Source: an uncultured Candidatus Binatia bacterium (lineage in GTDB: Bacteria; Desulfobacterota; Binatia; Bin18). Taken from it: 64,000 nucleotides of DNA. The first letter of the stretch is position 1, and each line of letters starts with the position of its first letter. The stretch covers positions 3,265,587-3,329,586 of the forward strand of contig OZ251505.1 of assembly GCA_965242795.1 (NCBI GenBank), in the 5' to 3' direction. Both the position numbers and the translations under genes were made by a program. This document shows, piece after piece, positions 56,456 through 64,000 of this stretch. The notes under the pieces were generated by a model. The model was not told the DNA's origin and made no database searches. It worked only from the letters and a program-made list of their open reading frames with translations.

Positions 56456-57568
56456 TCAATCGGCTCCGATGGAACGCGCCAGCAGTTCCCGATGGAGTGT
56501 AGATGCTCGGTCGAGCAGCTTTCCGTCAAGGTTCAGGTCATCGGCGTCGTAGGCGGTCGGTGTCCGGAATCGGCCCGCGGCGGAGGCCAACTTTCTTGAT
56601 TCTTCAACACCGAGAGCCTCGCCGATTCGCTGCAGGGTAGGGGCCGGGCCGGCGCAGAGCGCATCGTAGCTGACGAGCGCGACGTTACCGTCGAGGCCGG
56701 CAAGTACGTGCGCGTAGGCCGCGCACCAGTACTTGAGCCAGAAGTCGGCGGTCTCTGTCAGCTTCAAGTCTTCCCGGCTCAGCCAACGTCCGAAATCGAT
56801 CGGACGAAGGTTCGCCCCGAAGTCGTAATGGCCGATGTCCTCCATATAGCGCCGGGCGAACGGTTCCACTGCATGGATGTTCAGGAAGTTCCGGTGCTGG
56901 CGCAGCATGGAAGCGGTGTGGTCGAGCGGGTTACGGAACAGGACGAGCACCGCGGCATGAGGAAATAACCGCGTGATTTTCGGAATACGGGACAGATTGG
57001 CGTTGTTTTTCGAGAGGTAACGAACCGTCGCCGGTTCCCGCGCCCCACGCAGGGTAATCAGTTTTGCGATGTGGGTTTTGAGGAAAGGGGCGAACTCTCC
57101 GTGAGTGTCCTCGTCCGACACCGTCCAAGGAACGATACGGTCTCCACGGTATTTGTCGGGCCAGAACGCGCGCCAGAGGACTTCCTCGAAGGCTTCCGGA
57201 CTGTCGTAGCCGACGGTCATGCCGTCGCCGTGCGCTCGGTCGAGCGTGACGTTCGGGACACGAAAGAGGGACGAGACGGCGTTCCACAGCAAAGGAGTCA
57301 GCAGGAACGGCATGTTCCGGTAGGTATGCGAGGCGAACGTATCCAACGAACCGAGGGTCTCCAGCAACAACGTAGTGCCGGCGCGCGGCAGCGCAGTGAT
57401 GAAGACCGGCCGGTCGGTCCTCACGCCGCGAAGGCGACCCGTGTAGAGGCGATCTTCGATGTCGGCCAGCGCCTTCTGAAATTCGACGGTGGAAAAGGCC
57501 AGACGGTGTAGGCTCCGGTCCAGCCTGGAATATCGATCCTGGAATCTCACGAGTTCCTGAGCAGACAA
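56456..57568 (-). CDS. Sulfotransferase-family protein
   Basis: 5'-PSB-like P-loop …ITALPRAGTTLLLETL…; 370 aa. Confidence 0.7.
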   Translation of the reverse strand: MSAQELVRFQDRYSRLDRSLHRLAFSTVEFQKALADIEDRLYTGRLRGVRTDRPVFITALPRAGTTLLLETLGSLDTFASHTYRNMPFLLTPLLWNAVSSLFRVPNVTLDRAHGDGMTVGYDSPEAFEEVLWRAFWPDKYRGDRIVPWTVSDEDTHGEFAPFLKTHIAKLITLRGAREPATVRYLSKNNANLSRIPKITRLFPHAAVLVLFRNPLDHTASMLRQHRNFLNIHAVEPFARRYMEDIGHYDFGANLRPIDFGRWLSREDLKLTETADFWLKYWCAAYAHVLAGLDGNVALVSYDALCAGPAPTLQRIGEALGVEESRKLASAAGRFRTPTAYDADDLNLDGKLLDRASTLHRELLARSIGAD

Positions 57569-57600
57569 CAGGAGAGGACTTCTTCGTGCAAGAAGGCTTC

Positions 57601-57867
57601 TTACACTCCGGGGCCCGCAGCTTTTCCTTGCCCATCAGGATCGTTTTCAGGCGCTGCATGCTCTTTCATGCGCCGAGCCCGTACCTTACGGAGCACCTGC
57701 CTGACAGGATACCAGACGAGGCCGACCACCATCAGGACCGCGGCACCGAGCACGGTCAACAGGGAACCGAAAGCCGCCAGTCCGGCTCCCGGCCCAACGT
57801 AGGCCAGGAATATCCACAGAGGCAGGGCTTCGGAGAAAACGGGTTTCACCAGCAGTTCGACATTCAT
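57601..57867 (-). CDS. Small hydrophobic protein (two TM), hypothetical
   Basis: …LPLWIFLAYVGPGAGLAAFGSLLTVLGAAVLMVVGLVWYP…. Confidence 0.3.
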   Translation of the reverse strand: MNVELLVKPVFSEALPLWIFLAYVGPGAGLAAFGSLLTVLGAAVLMVVGLVWYPVRQVLRKVRARRMKEHAAPENDPDGQGKAAGPGV

Positions 57868-57894
57868 GGATCATCCTCCTCTTGGTTTTTGTTG

Positions 57895-58239
57895 CTATAG
57901 GAAACTGCCGGAAACAGCTTGCTTTGTACCGCCTCGGTCTTTGGTCCCTCGGGGAACGAGTCTCGCTGCAACAATACAGGCATTAGGGGTGCAGCCGCCG
58001 GCCACGGGCGGAAAGATGCTGACCTGATCGGCGTCGGCCAGGGTGTGGCCGAACTCGCGGGTTTGCTCACCATTCACCAAGACCATCTGGGCGAGGTCGG
58101 GCGGGATGTCGAGATAGCGGATCAGGTCGGCCAGCGTTGCGGTGTCGGGCAACTCTATCGTGCCCTTGCCGGCGGGACGGCCCGAGCTTGGCGGAAGTTT
58201 TTTGCGCAGGCTGGCGAATAGTTTGATGGCGACACGCAT
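57895..58239 (-). CDS. MoaD/ThiS-family sulfur-carrier-like protein with ~35-aa extension beyond the Gly-Gly (AorD/E-like accessory of the AOR cluster)
   Basis: MRVAIKLFASLRKKL…TIELPDTATLADLIRYL…VLVNGEQT…DQVSIFPPVAGG is a MoaD beta-grasp ending in GG. The ORF continues …CTPNACIVAARLVPRG… to the stop at 57895. Confidence 0.55.
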   Translation of the reverse strand: MRVAIKLFASLRKKLPPSSGRPAGKGTIELPDTATLADLIRYLDIPPDLAQMVLVNGEQTREFGHTLADADQVSIFPPVAGGCTPNACIVAARLVPRGTKDRGGTKQAVSGSFL

Positions 58240-58243
58240 GGGG

Positions 58244-59680
58244 CTAGGCGCCCTTTTCCAGACCGGGGGTTGGGGGGCGCGGCAATTCGTCGAGTGCGCT
58301 CGGACGGGAGCCGACCAGCGGGGCGTGTGCGGCTTTCTGCCATGCGGCAGGAGTCTTGCCGCCGACCCGATACGCACGGTCCCTGGCAGGTGCGCCGAGG
58401 AGCGTTCGGCCTATCAGGCGTTGGGCGGTGCCGGTTGCGACGTAGGCCCGGCGCAGGTCGGTCGGGGTTTCCCGCACGTAGGCGGCCCAGTTGCCGAGCG
58501 GCTGTTTGGTCTGGATGAGCCCTTTCGCCATGCCGACGTCGTTCAGCATGGTCACGTCGTCGATCGGCCCGACGAACAGCGCGCCGACCATGCGGTCGGC
58601 TTCCCAGACGTATTTGCGGTAGAGCGGCCGGGTGGGATTCCAGACGGTCGTGACCGTGGATCCGTCCGCGGCGTCCGTGTGCCAGTGGCCGAAACTGGCG
58701 CAGTGCAGGCCGATCACGTCGAGCACGTTGAGCAACAGGCTGCCGGGATAGTGAGTTTCCTGCCCGGCCATGTTCGCGCCGGCGATCCGACCGTGGTCCA
58801 CCGCGGTGGGCTGAATGGCATGGACCGCGGGCACGCCGTCCAACAGGTTCGGCCCCGCGGCCACGTCGCCCGCGGCGTAGATGCCCGGGACGTTCGTCTG
58901 CATTCGGTCGTCCACGACGACCCCGCCGTCGATTTGAACGCCGGAGCCGTCCAGAAACGCGAGGTTGGGCCGTATGCCGGTGGCGAGGATGACCAGGTCC
59001 GCGGCGATGTCGGCGCCGTTGCTCAACGTCAGGTCGAGCCCCGTGCCGTTGCGCGTAATCCGTTGAACTTGCGCGCCGGTGTGCACGGCCACATCTCGTT
59101 CGGTCAGCCAGCCTTCGACCGCGGTTGCGCCCTGCGCGTCGAGCATACGCGGCAGCACCTGGGCATCGGCCTCCGCCACCGTCAGGTCCCACCCGAGTTT
59201 GGCCATCGCGTTCAGCACGATGAAACCGATGAAGCCGGCCCCGACCAGGACGGCGCGGGGAGTTCCCTGCGCCCTGGCCATGACCTGCTTGGCGTCGTCG
59301 AGCGTCCAGAACGTGTACACCCCGTCCCGGTCTCCTCCTTCAATCGGCGGACGCTGGGCCGACGAGCCCGTGGCGATCAGCAAGGTGTCGAACGGCTGGG
59401 CCGTGCCGTCGGCAAGGACGAGGGTTCGCGCGTCGGGGTCGATGCGCTCGACCCGCCCGGAGACCGACTGTACGCCAAGACCCGCGAAATAGTCGGCGTC
59501 GCCGGTCAGCACATGGGGCTTGGGGATTTCGCCGGCCAGATAATAAGGCAGAACCATCCGGGCGTAGGCCGGCTCGTCGGAGACGAGGACGATCTGTGCG
59601 GCGTCGCCCGCGATATCGCGGATCGTCTCGGCCGCGGCCACCCCCGCGGGGCCTGCCCCGATGATGACGTGTCGTGCCAT
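58244..59680 (-). CDS. FAD/NAD(P)-binding pyridine-nucleotide-disulfide-family oxidoreductase (AorC-like electron-transfer subunit)
   Basis: MARHVIIGAGPAGVAAAE (GxGxxG); second Rossmann VLVGAGFIGF; 478 aa. Track ORF 58244..61357 is an over-extension. Confidence 0.8.
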   Translation of the reverse strand: MARHVIIGAGPAGVAAAETIRDIAGDAAQIVLVSDEPAYARMVLPYYLAGEIPKPHVLTGDADYFAGLGVQSVSGRVERIDPDARTLVLADGTAQPFDTLLIATGSSAQRPPIEGGDRDGVYTFWTLDDAKQVMARAQGTPRAVLVGAGFIGFIVLNAMAKLGWDLTVAEADAQVLPRMLDAQGATAVEGWLTERDVAVHTGAQVQRITRNGTGLDLTLSNGADIAADLVILATGIRPNLAFLDGSGVQIDGGVVVDDRMQTNVPGIYAAGDVAAGPNLLDGVPAVHAIQPTAVDHGRIAGANMAGQETHYPGSLLLNVLDVIGLHCASFGHWHTDAADGSTVTTVWNPTRPLYRKYVWEADRMVGALFVGPIDDVTMLNDVGMAKGLIQTKQPLGNWAAYVRETPTDLRRAYVATGTAQRLIGRTLLGAPARDRAYRVGGKTPAAWQKAAHAPLVGSRPSALDELPRPPTPGLEKGA

Positions 59681-59730
59681 GACGCGGATTCCTTCGGTGG
59701 TGCGAGCTTCTCGGTCGAGTCGAGCGGCGT

Positions 59731-61590
59731 TCAGGCCAAGCCCAATGCCTTCTTCTTGGCCTCGGAGATTTTGCCGTCCGGTTCCCAGCCGCGCAATTCG
59801 TAGTACTCGGGCAGCATTTCCCCGAGTCGGTTGACTTCTCCCTTGGCCGGGCCGGACGGGATCGGCTCTTCGAGAATGCGCTTGGGCAGGGTGTCGTCCT
59901 TGCCGGTGAAACCGGCCCGCTCGTTCCACAGCCGTTCCAGGTTCCAGATGCGCTCGCCGATGGTCATCAGCCCTTCCAGCGTGAACTCCACGCCGGTCGC
60001 CGCGGCCAATTGCGGCAACATTTCTTCCAGTCCCACGCCGAAGGTGAGGAATTGGCACAACCCGGTGGCGTCCACGGTCGACGTCGCGTCCTGGAACAGT
60101 TTGGTGATCTCGGCCTTCTCTTCGGTCGCGCGCGGGTCCATCTGCCGCGGCATGCCCAGAATCTCGGCCGCGACCGTGTACGCCTTCAGGTGGCACGCCC
60201 CGCGGTTCGAGGTCGCGTAGCCCAGGCCCATGCCCTGAATCGCGCGCGCTTCGTACGCGGCGAACTCCTGGCCGCGCACGCCCATGAAGAACTCGGGCCG
60301 TCCGAGCTGTTCGGTCAGGCGTTTCGAGCCCTCGGCCAGCGCGTCGCCGAAGCCCTGCCGATAGGCCGTTTTTTCGGCCATGGCGAGCAGAGCCTCGCTG
60401 CTGCCGAATTCGAGCGCGACTTCCGTCTCGCTCCGGGTGACCACGCCTTTTTCGTACAGTTCCATGGCCGCGGCCACACTGGCCCCGAAACTGATGGAGT
60501 CCATGCCCAGGTCGTTGCACAGCCAGTTGGCCTTGATGAGCGCGTCCAGATCGCCGACGCCGCACTCCGCGCCCATCGCCCAGGCGGCTTCGTACTCCGG
60601 CCCCTCGCCCGCGATCTTCCAGTTGCGCGGATTGGTGGACACCGCGTATTTGGCCGCGGCGTCGCCCGGCAGCGTACTGACCCGGCCACAGGCGATGGTG
60701 CACGAGAAACAGGCTTTGTTGGCGACCAGCCGGGTGTCGGTCAGCGTTTCGCCGCTGATGTTCTCGGCCTGGTCGAAGACGGTTTTCTGATGGTTGTTGG
60801 TCGGCAGGGCGCCGTGTTCGTTCATCACGTTGACGAGCACCTCGGTGCCGTACGTGGGCAGCCCTTCCGCGGTGACGGGCGACTCGCGCAGCTTCCGCTT
60901 CATTGCCCACTGGCCCTCCAGAAACGCCTGCGGGTCGGCCAGCGCCACGCCGCCCGTGCCGCGCAGGGCGATCGCCTTCAGATTCTTGGAGCCCATGACC
61001 GCGCCCACCCCGGAGCGGCCCGCGGCGCGGTGCAGGTCGTTCATGATGCAGGCGAACCGGACGCGGTTCTCCCCGGCCGGGCCGATGCTGGCGATGACCG
61101 CGTCCGGCACGCCGAGTTCCGCGCGCAACACGTCCTCCGTCTGCCAGACCGTCTTGCCCCACAGGTGGGCGGCATCCCGGATTTCGACCTGGTCGTCGTA
61201 GATCCAGACGTACGACGGGGTTTCCGCCTTGCCCTCCAGAATGAGCAGGTCGTAGCCGGCGAATTTCATCTCCGGCCCCCAGAAGCCGCCCGAGTTGGAG
61301 GTGGTGATGGCGTTGGTGAGCGCGCCCTTGGTGACGACCATGTAGCGCGAGCCGCACGACGCGTTCGTGCCGGTCAGCGGGCCGGTCGCGAAGATCATCT
61401 TGTTGTCCGGGCCGAGCGGGTCGACCGTCGGGTCCAGTTCTTCGGACAGATATTTGACGCCCAGCCCGCGGCCACCGACGTAGTCCCTGGCCCAGTCCGC
61501 GTCGAGCGGCTCCTTGGTGACCGTTCCCGCGGTCAGGTCGATGCGGAGGACGGTGCCGGTCCAGCCGGTCCAGTGCGTTGCGCCACTCAT
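59731..61590 (-). CDS. Tungsten/molybdenum aldehyde:ferredoxin oxidoreductase (AOR family, AorB-like)
   Basis: AFOR_N (…LRIDLTAGTV…DYVGGRGLG…) and AFOR_C domains; 619 aa from MSGATHWTG…; ATGA overlap with the downstream ferredoxin gene. Confidence 0.9.
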   Translation of the reverse strand: MSGATHWTGWTGTVLRIDLTAGTVTKEPLDADWARDYVGGRGLGVKYLSEELDPTVDPLGPDNKMIFATGPLTGTNASCGSRYMVVTKGALTNAITTSNSGGFWGPEMKFAGYDLLILEGKAETPSYVWIYDDQVEIRDAAHLWGKTVWQTEDVLRAELGVPDAVIASIGPAGENRVRFACIMNDLHRAAGRSGVGAVMGSKNLKAIALRGTGGVALADPQAFLEGQWAMKRKLRESPVTAEGLPTYGTEVLVNVMNEHGALPTNNHQKTVFDQAENISGETLTDTRLVANKACFSCTIACGRVSTLPGDAAAKYAVSTNPRNWKIAGEGPEYEAAWAMGAECGVGDLDALIKANWLCNDLGMDSISFGASVAAAMELYEKGVVTRSETEVALEFGSSEALLAMAEKTAYRQGFGDALAEGSKRLTEQLGRPEFFMGVRGQEFAAYEARAIQGMGLGYATSNRGACHLKAYTVAAEILGMPRQMDPRATEEKAEITKLFQDATSTVDATGLCQFLTFGVGLEEMLPQLAAATGVEFTLEGLMTIGERIWNLERLWNERAGFTGKDDTLPKRILEEPIPSGPAKGEVNRLGEMLPEYYELRGWEPDGKISEAKKKALGLA

Positions 61591-62078
61591 GCTTCGCCTC
61601 CCTGCGTGTCGTGCGTTCGCTGAAAGCCGCGGTCCACTTTCTCCGCCCACCCGGCCAGCCAGTCCGGTTGGTCCATGTCCACGTATTCGAGCGCGCCGGT
61701 CGGACACGACTTCACGCATGCCGGGTCGCCGCCGCACAGGTCGCATTTGAACGCCTTGTGGCTGTCCGGGTTGTAGAACATGGTGCCGTACGGGCAGGCG
61801 ACCGTGCACACCGCGCAACCGACGCACACGTCATCCATGACGACCTTGGCTTCGGTCTTCGGGTCAATGGCAATCGCGTTGACCGGACAGGCGGTCAGGC
61901 ACCAGGCTTCGTCGCACTGAAAGCAGGTGTACGGCGCATAGACGGCCTGCTCGTCGAAAATGTGAACACGAATGACGGACCGGGACGGCTGGAACGTCCC
62001 GGTCTGGACGAAGGCGCACGCCAACTCGCATTGCACGCAGCTCGTACACTTCTCGGTGATGACGCGGAGTTGTTTCAT
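61587..62078 (-). CDS. Multi-cluster 4Fe-4S ferredoxin-like electron-transfer subunit (AorA-like)
   Basis: Four CxxCxxCxxxCP-type motifs (CTSCVQCELAC…; CFQCDEAWCLTACP; CVGCAVCTVACP; CDLCGG…CVKSCP); 163 aa. Confidence 0.85.
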   Translation of the reverse strand: MKQLRVITEKCTSCVQCELACAFVQTGTFQPSRSVIRVHIFDEQAVYAPYTCFQCDEAWCLTACPVNAIAIDPKTEAKVVMDDVCVGCAVCTVACPYGTMFYNPDSHKAFKCDLCGGDPACVKSCPTGALEYVDMDQPDWLAGWAEKVDRGFQRTHDTQGGEA

Positions 62079-62270
62079 GGTGCGGCGGCCCTCCTTCCGC
62101 GCCTTCGTTCCTAACAGATTCGTTCCGGGAATGCCAGAAAACCTACTTCGTTCGGCGGTGAGGCACTCCCGCTTCGTCCGCCTGCTCGAATCCAATCGCC
62201 CGCGCCTTGCCCGCTGCGCGTCGAAAGGGCTACGCTCCCAGGCAACACCACATCCAAGGGAGGGCGACGT

Positions 62271-62453
62271 ATGAAGGTCACCTGGGAAGAAGACGTCTGT
62301 ACGCATTCGGCCAACTGCGTCAAGAAACTGCCACAAGTCTTCAAAGTCGAGGGCGGGAACTTCGTCATCGATCCGAGCGCCGCGTCGGAAGACGACGTCC
62401 GCGCCGTCGTTGCGCAGTGTCCATCCGGTGCGCTCAGCGTGCAGGACGAGTAG
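62271..62453 (+). CDS. Small single-cluster ferredoxin-like protein (60 aa)
   Basis: …DVCTHSANCVKKLPQVF…VVAQCPSGAL… is a divergent mono-cluster ferredoxin pattern; RBS aagggagggcgacgtATG. Confidence 0.5.
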   Translation: MKVTWEEDVCTHSANCVKKLPQVFKVEGGNFVIDPSAASEDDVRAVVAQCPSGALSVQDE

Positions 62454-62671
62454 CGCAATCGGGGCGTCGCGGACCCATTCCTCCGCGACGCCCCGACTTG
62501 GTTCGACTGCCAGCCGGGTCCGAGTCGGACCCGGCACAATTTTTCTTGGAGAAGCCATGCGCATCGCCCCCCGAACACGTGTGGACAAGCCGGGTCACGG
62601 CTGATTAGGTGCCCCGGTTGTCCCCCCATCCGAACACCGATCGAACCTTCGTCATATAAAGGAGGAGCTCC

Positions 62672-63457
62672 TTGGCACACTGGACTGCACAGAAGGCGCA
62701 GGTCGCCGATTCTGAACTGACGCTCATCAAGGGCGGAGCGGGGAAACCCCTGCTCATGCTGCACGACGAGCTGGGGTTCCCCGGCTGGATGCCGTGGAAC
62801 GACGCTCTGGCCGAAACCCGTGAATTCGTCATTCCGCTGCAACCCGGCTTCGGCAAAACCCCGCGGCTGGACTGGATTCGCAGCTTCCGCGACCTGGGCG
62901 GCTATTACGGCATGGTCGTCAGAGAGATGGGGCTGGCGCCGGTGGACGTGATCGCGTTTTCGGCCGGCGGGTACGTTGCCGCGGAAATGGTCGCGTCCGA
63001 CCCCGCCGTCTTCAGTCGTATGATCCTGGTCGGGCCGATGGGCCTCAAACCCGTAGTCGGCGAGATCATGGACATCTTCCCGATCACGATCCGCACGCAT
63101 CTGCGCCGGACCGTCGCCGACCAGGAGTCGCCCGGGTTCGGCATGATCTACGGCGGCGAAATGTCGCCCGAGCAGTTCGAGGCGTTCGAGGACGCACGGG
63201 CCGAAAGTGCGCGGCTGGGCTGGGAGCCGTACATGCACAATCCGAGCCTGCCGTTTCTGCTGCGCGGCGTGACGAACGTGCCGACGTTGCTGATTCGCGG
63301 CGCCGAAGACCAGGTCGTGCCGGCCGGCTGCATCGACGCCTACACGACGGCCATTCGCGGCGCGCGGTCCGTGGAGATGGCCGGCGTCGGCCACCGTCCC
63401 GAGGTCGAGAACCCGGATGAGTTCCTGGCCCTCGTCAAGGACTTTCTGGCGGCCTAG
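62672..63457 (+). CDS. Alpha/beta-fold hydrolase
   Basis: …LLMLHDELGFPGW… (HG oxyanion region); nucleophile elbow …AFSAGG…; 261 aa. Confidence 0.75.
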   Translation: MAHWTAQKAQVADSELTLIKGGAGKPLLMLHDELGFPGWMPWNDALAETREFVIPLQPGFGKTPRLDWIRSFRDLGGYYGMVVREMGLAPVDVIAFSAGGYVAAEMVASDPAVFSRMILVGPMGLKPVVGEIMDIFPITIRTHLRRTVADQESPGFGMIYGGEMSPEQFEAFEDARAESARLGWEPYMHNPSLPFLLRGVTNVPTLLIRGAEDQVVPAGCIDAYTTAIRGARSVEMAGVGHRPEVENPDEFLALVKDFLAA

Positions 63458-63484
63458 GGCGATCTCGAAAAAGGAGAACCGCAC

Positions 63485-64000
63485 ATGCAATTTTCGTATT
63501 TCACCGAACGGCCGTACCGGGGAATCGACGAGGACGAGATTCTGAAGAACAAGGCGTACTTCGCGGTCCCTAACTCGTTGTTCGACCGCGAGCAGGCGGC
63601 CAACGACTACAATTACTATCTCGACGAATACTGCTACGCCGAAGAACTCGGCTACGACGCGGTCGCCCTGAACGAGCATCACGGGAACCCGTTCTGCATG
63701 GGCAGCGTGATGAACGTCGAGGCCGCGATCCTGGCGCGGATCACCAAGCAGGCGAAGATCGTCCTGATCGGCAATCCCCTGCCCGTGCTGAAGCATCCGC
63801 TGCGCATGGCCGAGGAGTTGGCGGAGATCGATCTGATCTCGCGCGGGCGACTGGTGACGGGCTGGGTGCGCGGGGCGGGGAGCGAGCAATTCTTCAACAA
63901 CGCGAACCCGGCGTACAATCGGGAGATGTTCAACGAGGCGCACGATTTCATCGTACAGGCGTGGACGAAGCCGGGGCCGTGGCGGTACGAGGGGAAGCAT
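63485..64000 (+). CDS. LLM-class flavin-dependent oxidoreductase (partial; 3' end beyond the window)
   Basis: MQFSYFTERPYRG…YDAVALNEHHGNPF… is a luciferase-like N-terminus; RBS aaaggagaaccgcacATG. Confidence 0.7.
   Translation, partial: MQFSYFTERPYRGIDEDEILKNKAYFAVPNSLFDREQAANDYNYYLDEYCYAEELGYDAVALNEHHGNPFCMGSVMNVEAAILARITKQAKIVLIGNPLPVLKHPLRMAEELAEIDLISRGRLVTGWVRGAGSEQFFNNANPAYNREMFNEAHDFIVQAWTKPGPWRYEGKH

Noticed and set aside
58244-61357. 1037-aa minus-strand ORF
   Set aside because: Chimeric read-through: only the C-terminal 478 aa (FAD/NAD oxidoreductase) are protein-like. The AOR gene is in a different frame on the same strand.

Overview
High-GC (~65%) bacterial chromosomal window with several low-GC islands that look horizontally acquired. 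Recurrent 'PFDKLR'-type dispersed repeats are compatible with a soil/sediment lineage of the Rokubacteria/NC10 type, but this is a guess. I found no tRNA, rRNA or CRISPR array.

Main contents, in order:
1. A quinohemoprotein amine dehydrogenase (QHNDH) structural and maturation cluster. qhpA-D-C-B sit on the + strand. A QhpF-like ABC exporter and a QhpE-like small subtilisin sit upstream in divergent/convergent orientation. A duplicated qhpA 5' fragment and a ~2.1 kb AT-rich insertion lie immediately upstream of qhpA. No qhpG is present in the window.
2. Catabolic and redox genes: MaoC dehydratases, a TenA/PqqC-like protein, methyltransferases, a GST, DegP, a CoxSML-type molybdo-hydroxylase, SDR, amidohydrolase, TauD, F420/LLM oxidoreductases, P450, cupin, AKR, sulfotransferase, and an AorABC-like tungsten aldehyde:ferredoxin oxidoreductase cluster with a MoaD-like protein.
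3. A low-GC two-gene module: an ABC-type AAA ATPase plus a small Toprim-like ('VEGKD') protein, reminiscent of OLD/PARIS-type defence.
4. A MerB-like (organomercurial lyase family) ORF interrupted by an in-frame TGA exactly at the catalytic-Cys position. It is either a selenoprotein candidate or a pseudogene.
5. A large, minus-strand type I restriction-modification locus (hsdM-fic-hsdS ... hsdR) with about 8 kb of nested cargo between hsdS and hsdR. The cargo comprises a NERD-SF1 helicase with a small partner, a translationally coupled 379-aa + DUF4365-like pair, a 149-aa protein and a DUF1829 protein. hsdS itself carries an in-frame, inverted-repeat-flanked DUF559 (Vsr-like endonuclease) cassette inside its central conserved region. 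A solo copy of the cassette's 62-bp GC-rich terminal repeat lies downstream of hsdR.
6. Other defence and addiction elements: an Mrr-like type IV endonuclease island, VapBC, and two DUF4143 AAA ATPases.

Three dispersed repeat families are present. Many long high-GC ORFs in the six-frame track are antisense or read-through artefacts and were rejected.

Coordinate caveat: positions follow the ORF track; hand-derived boundaries are ±3 nt.
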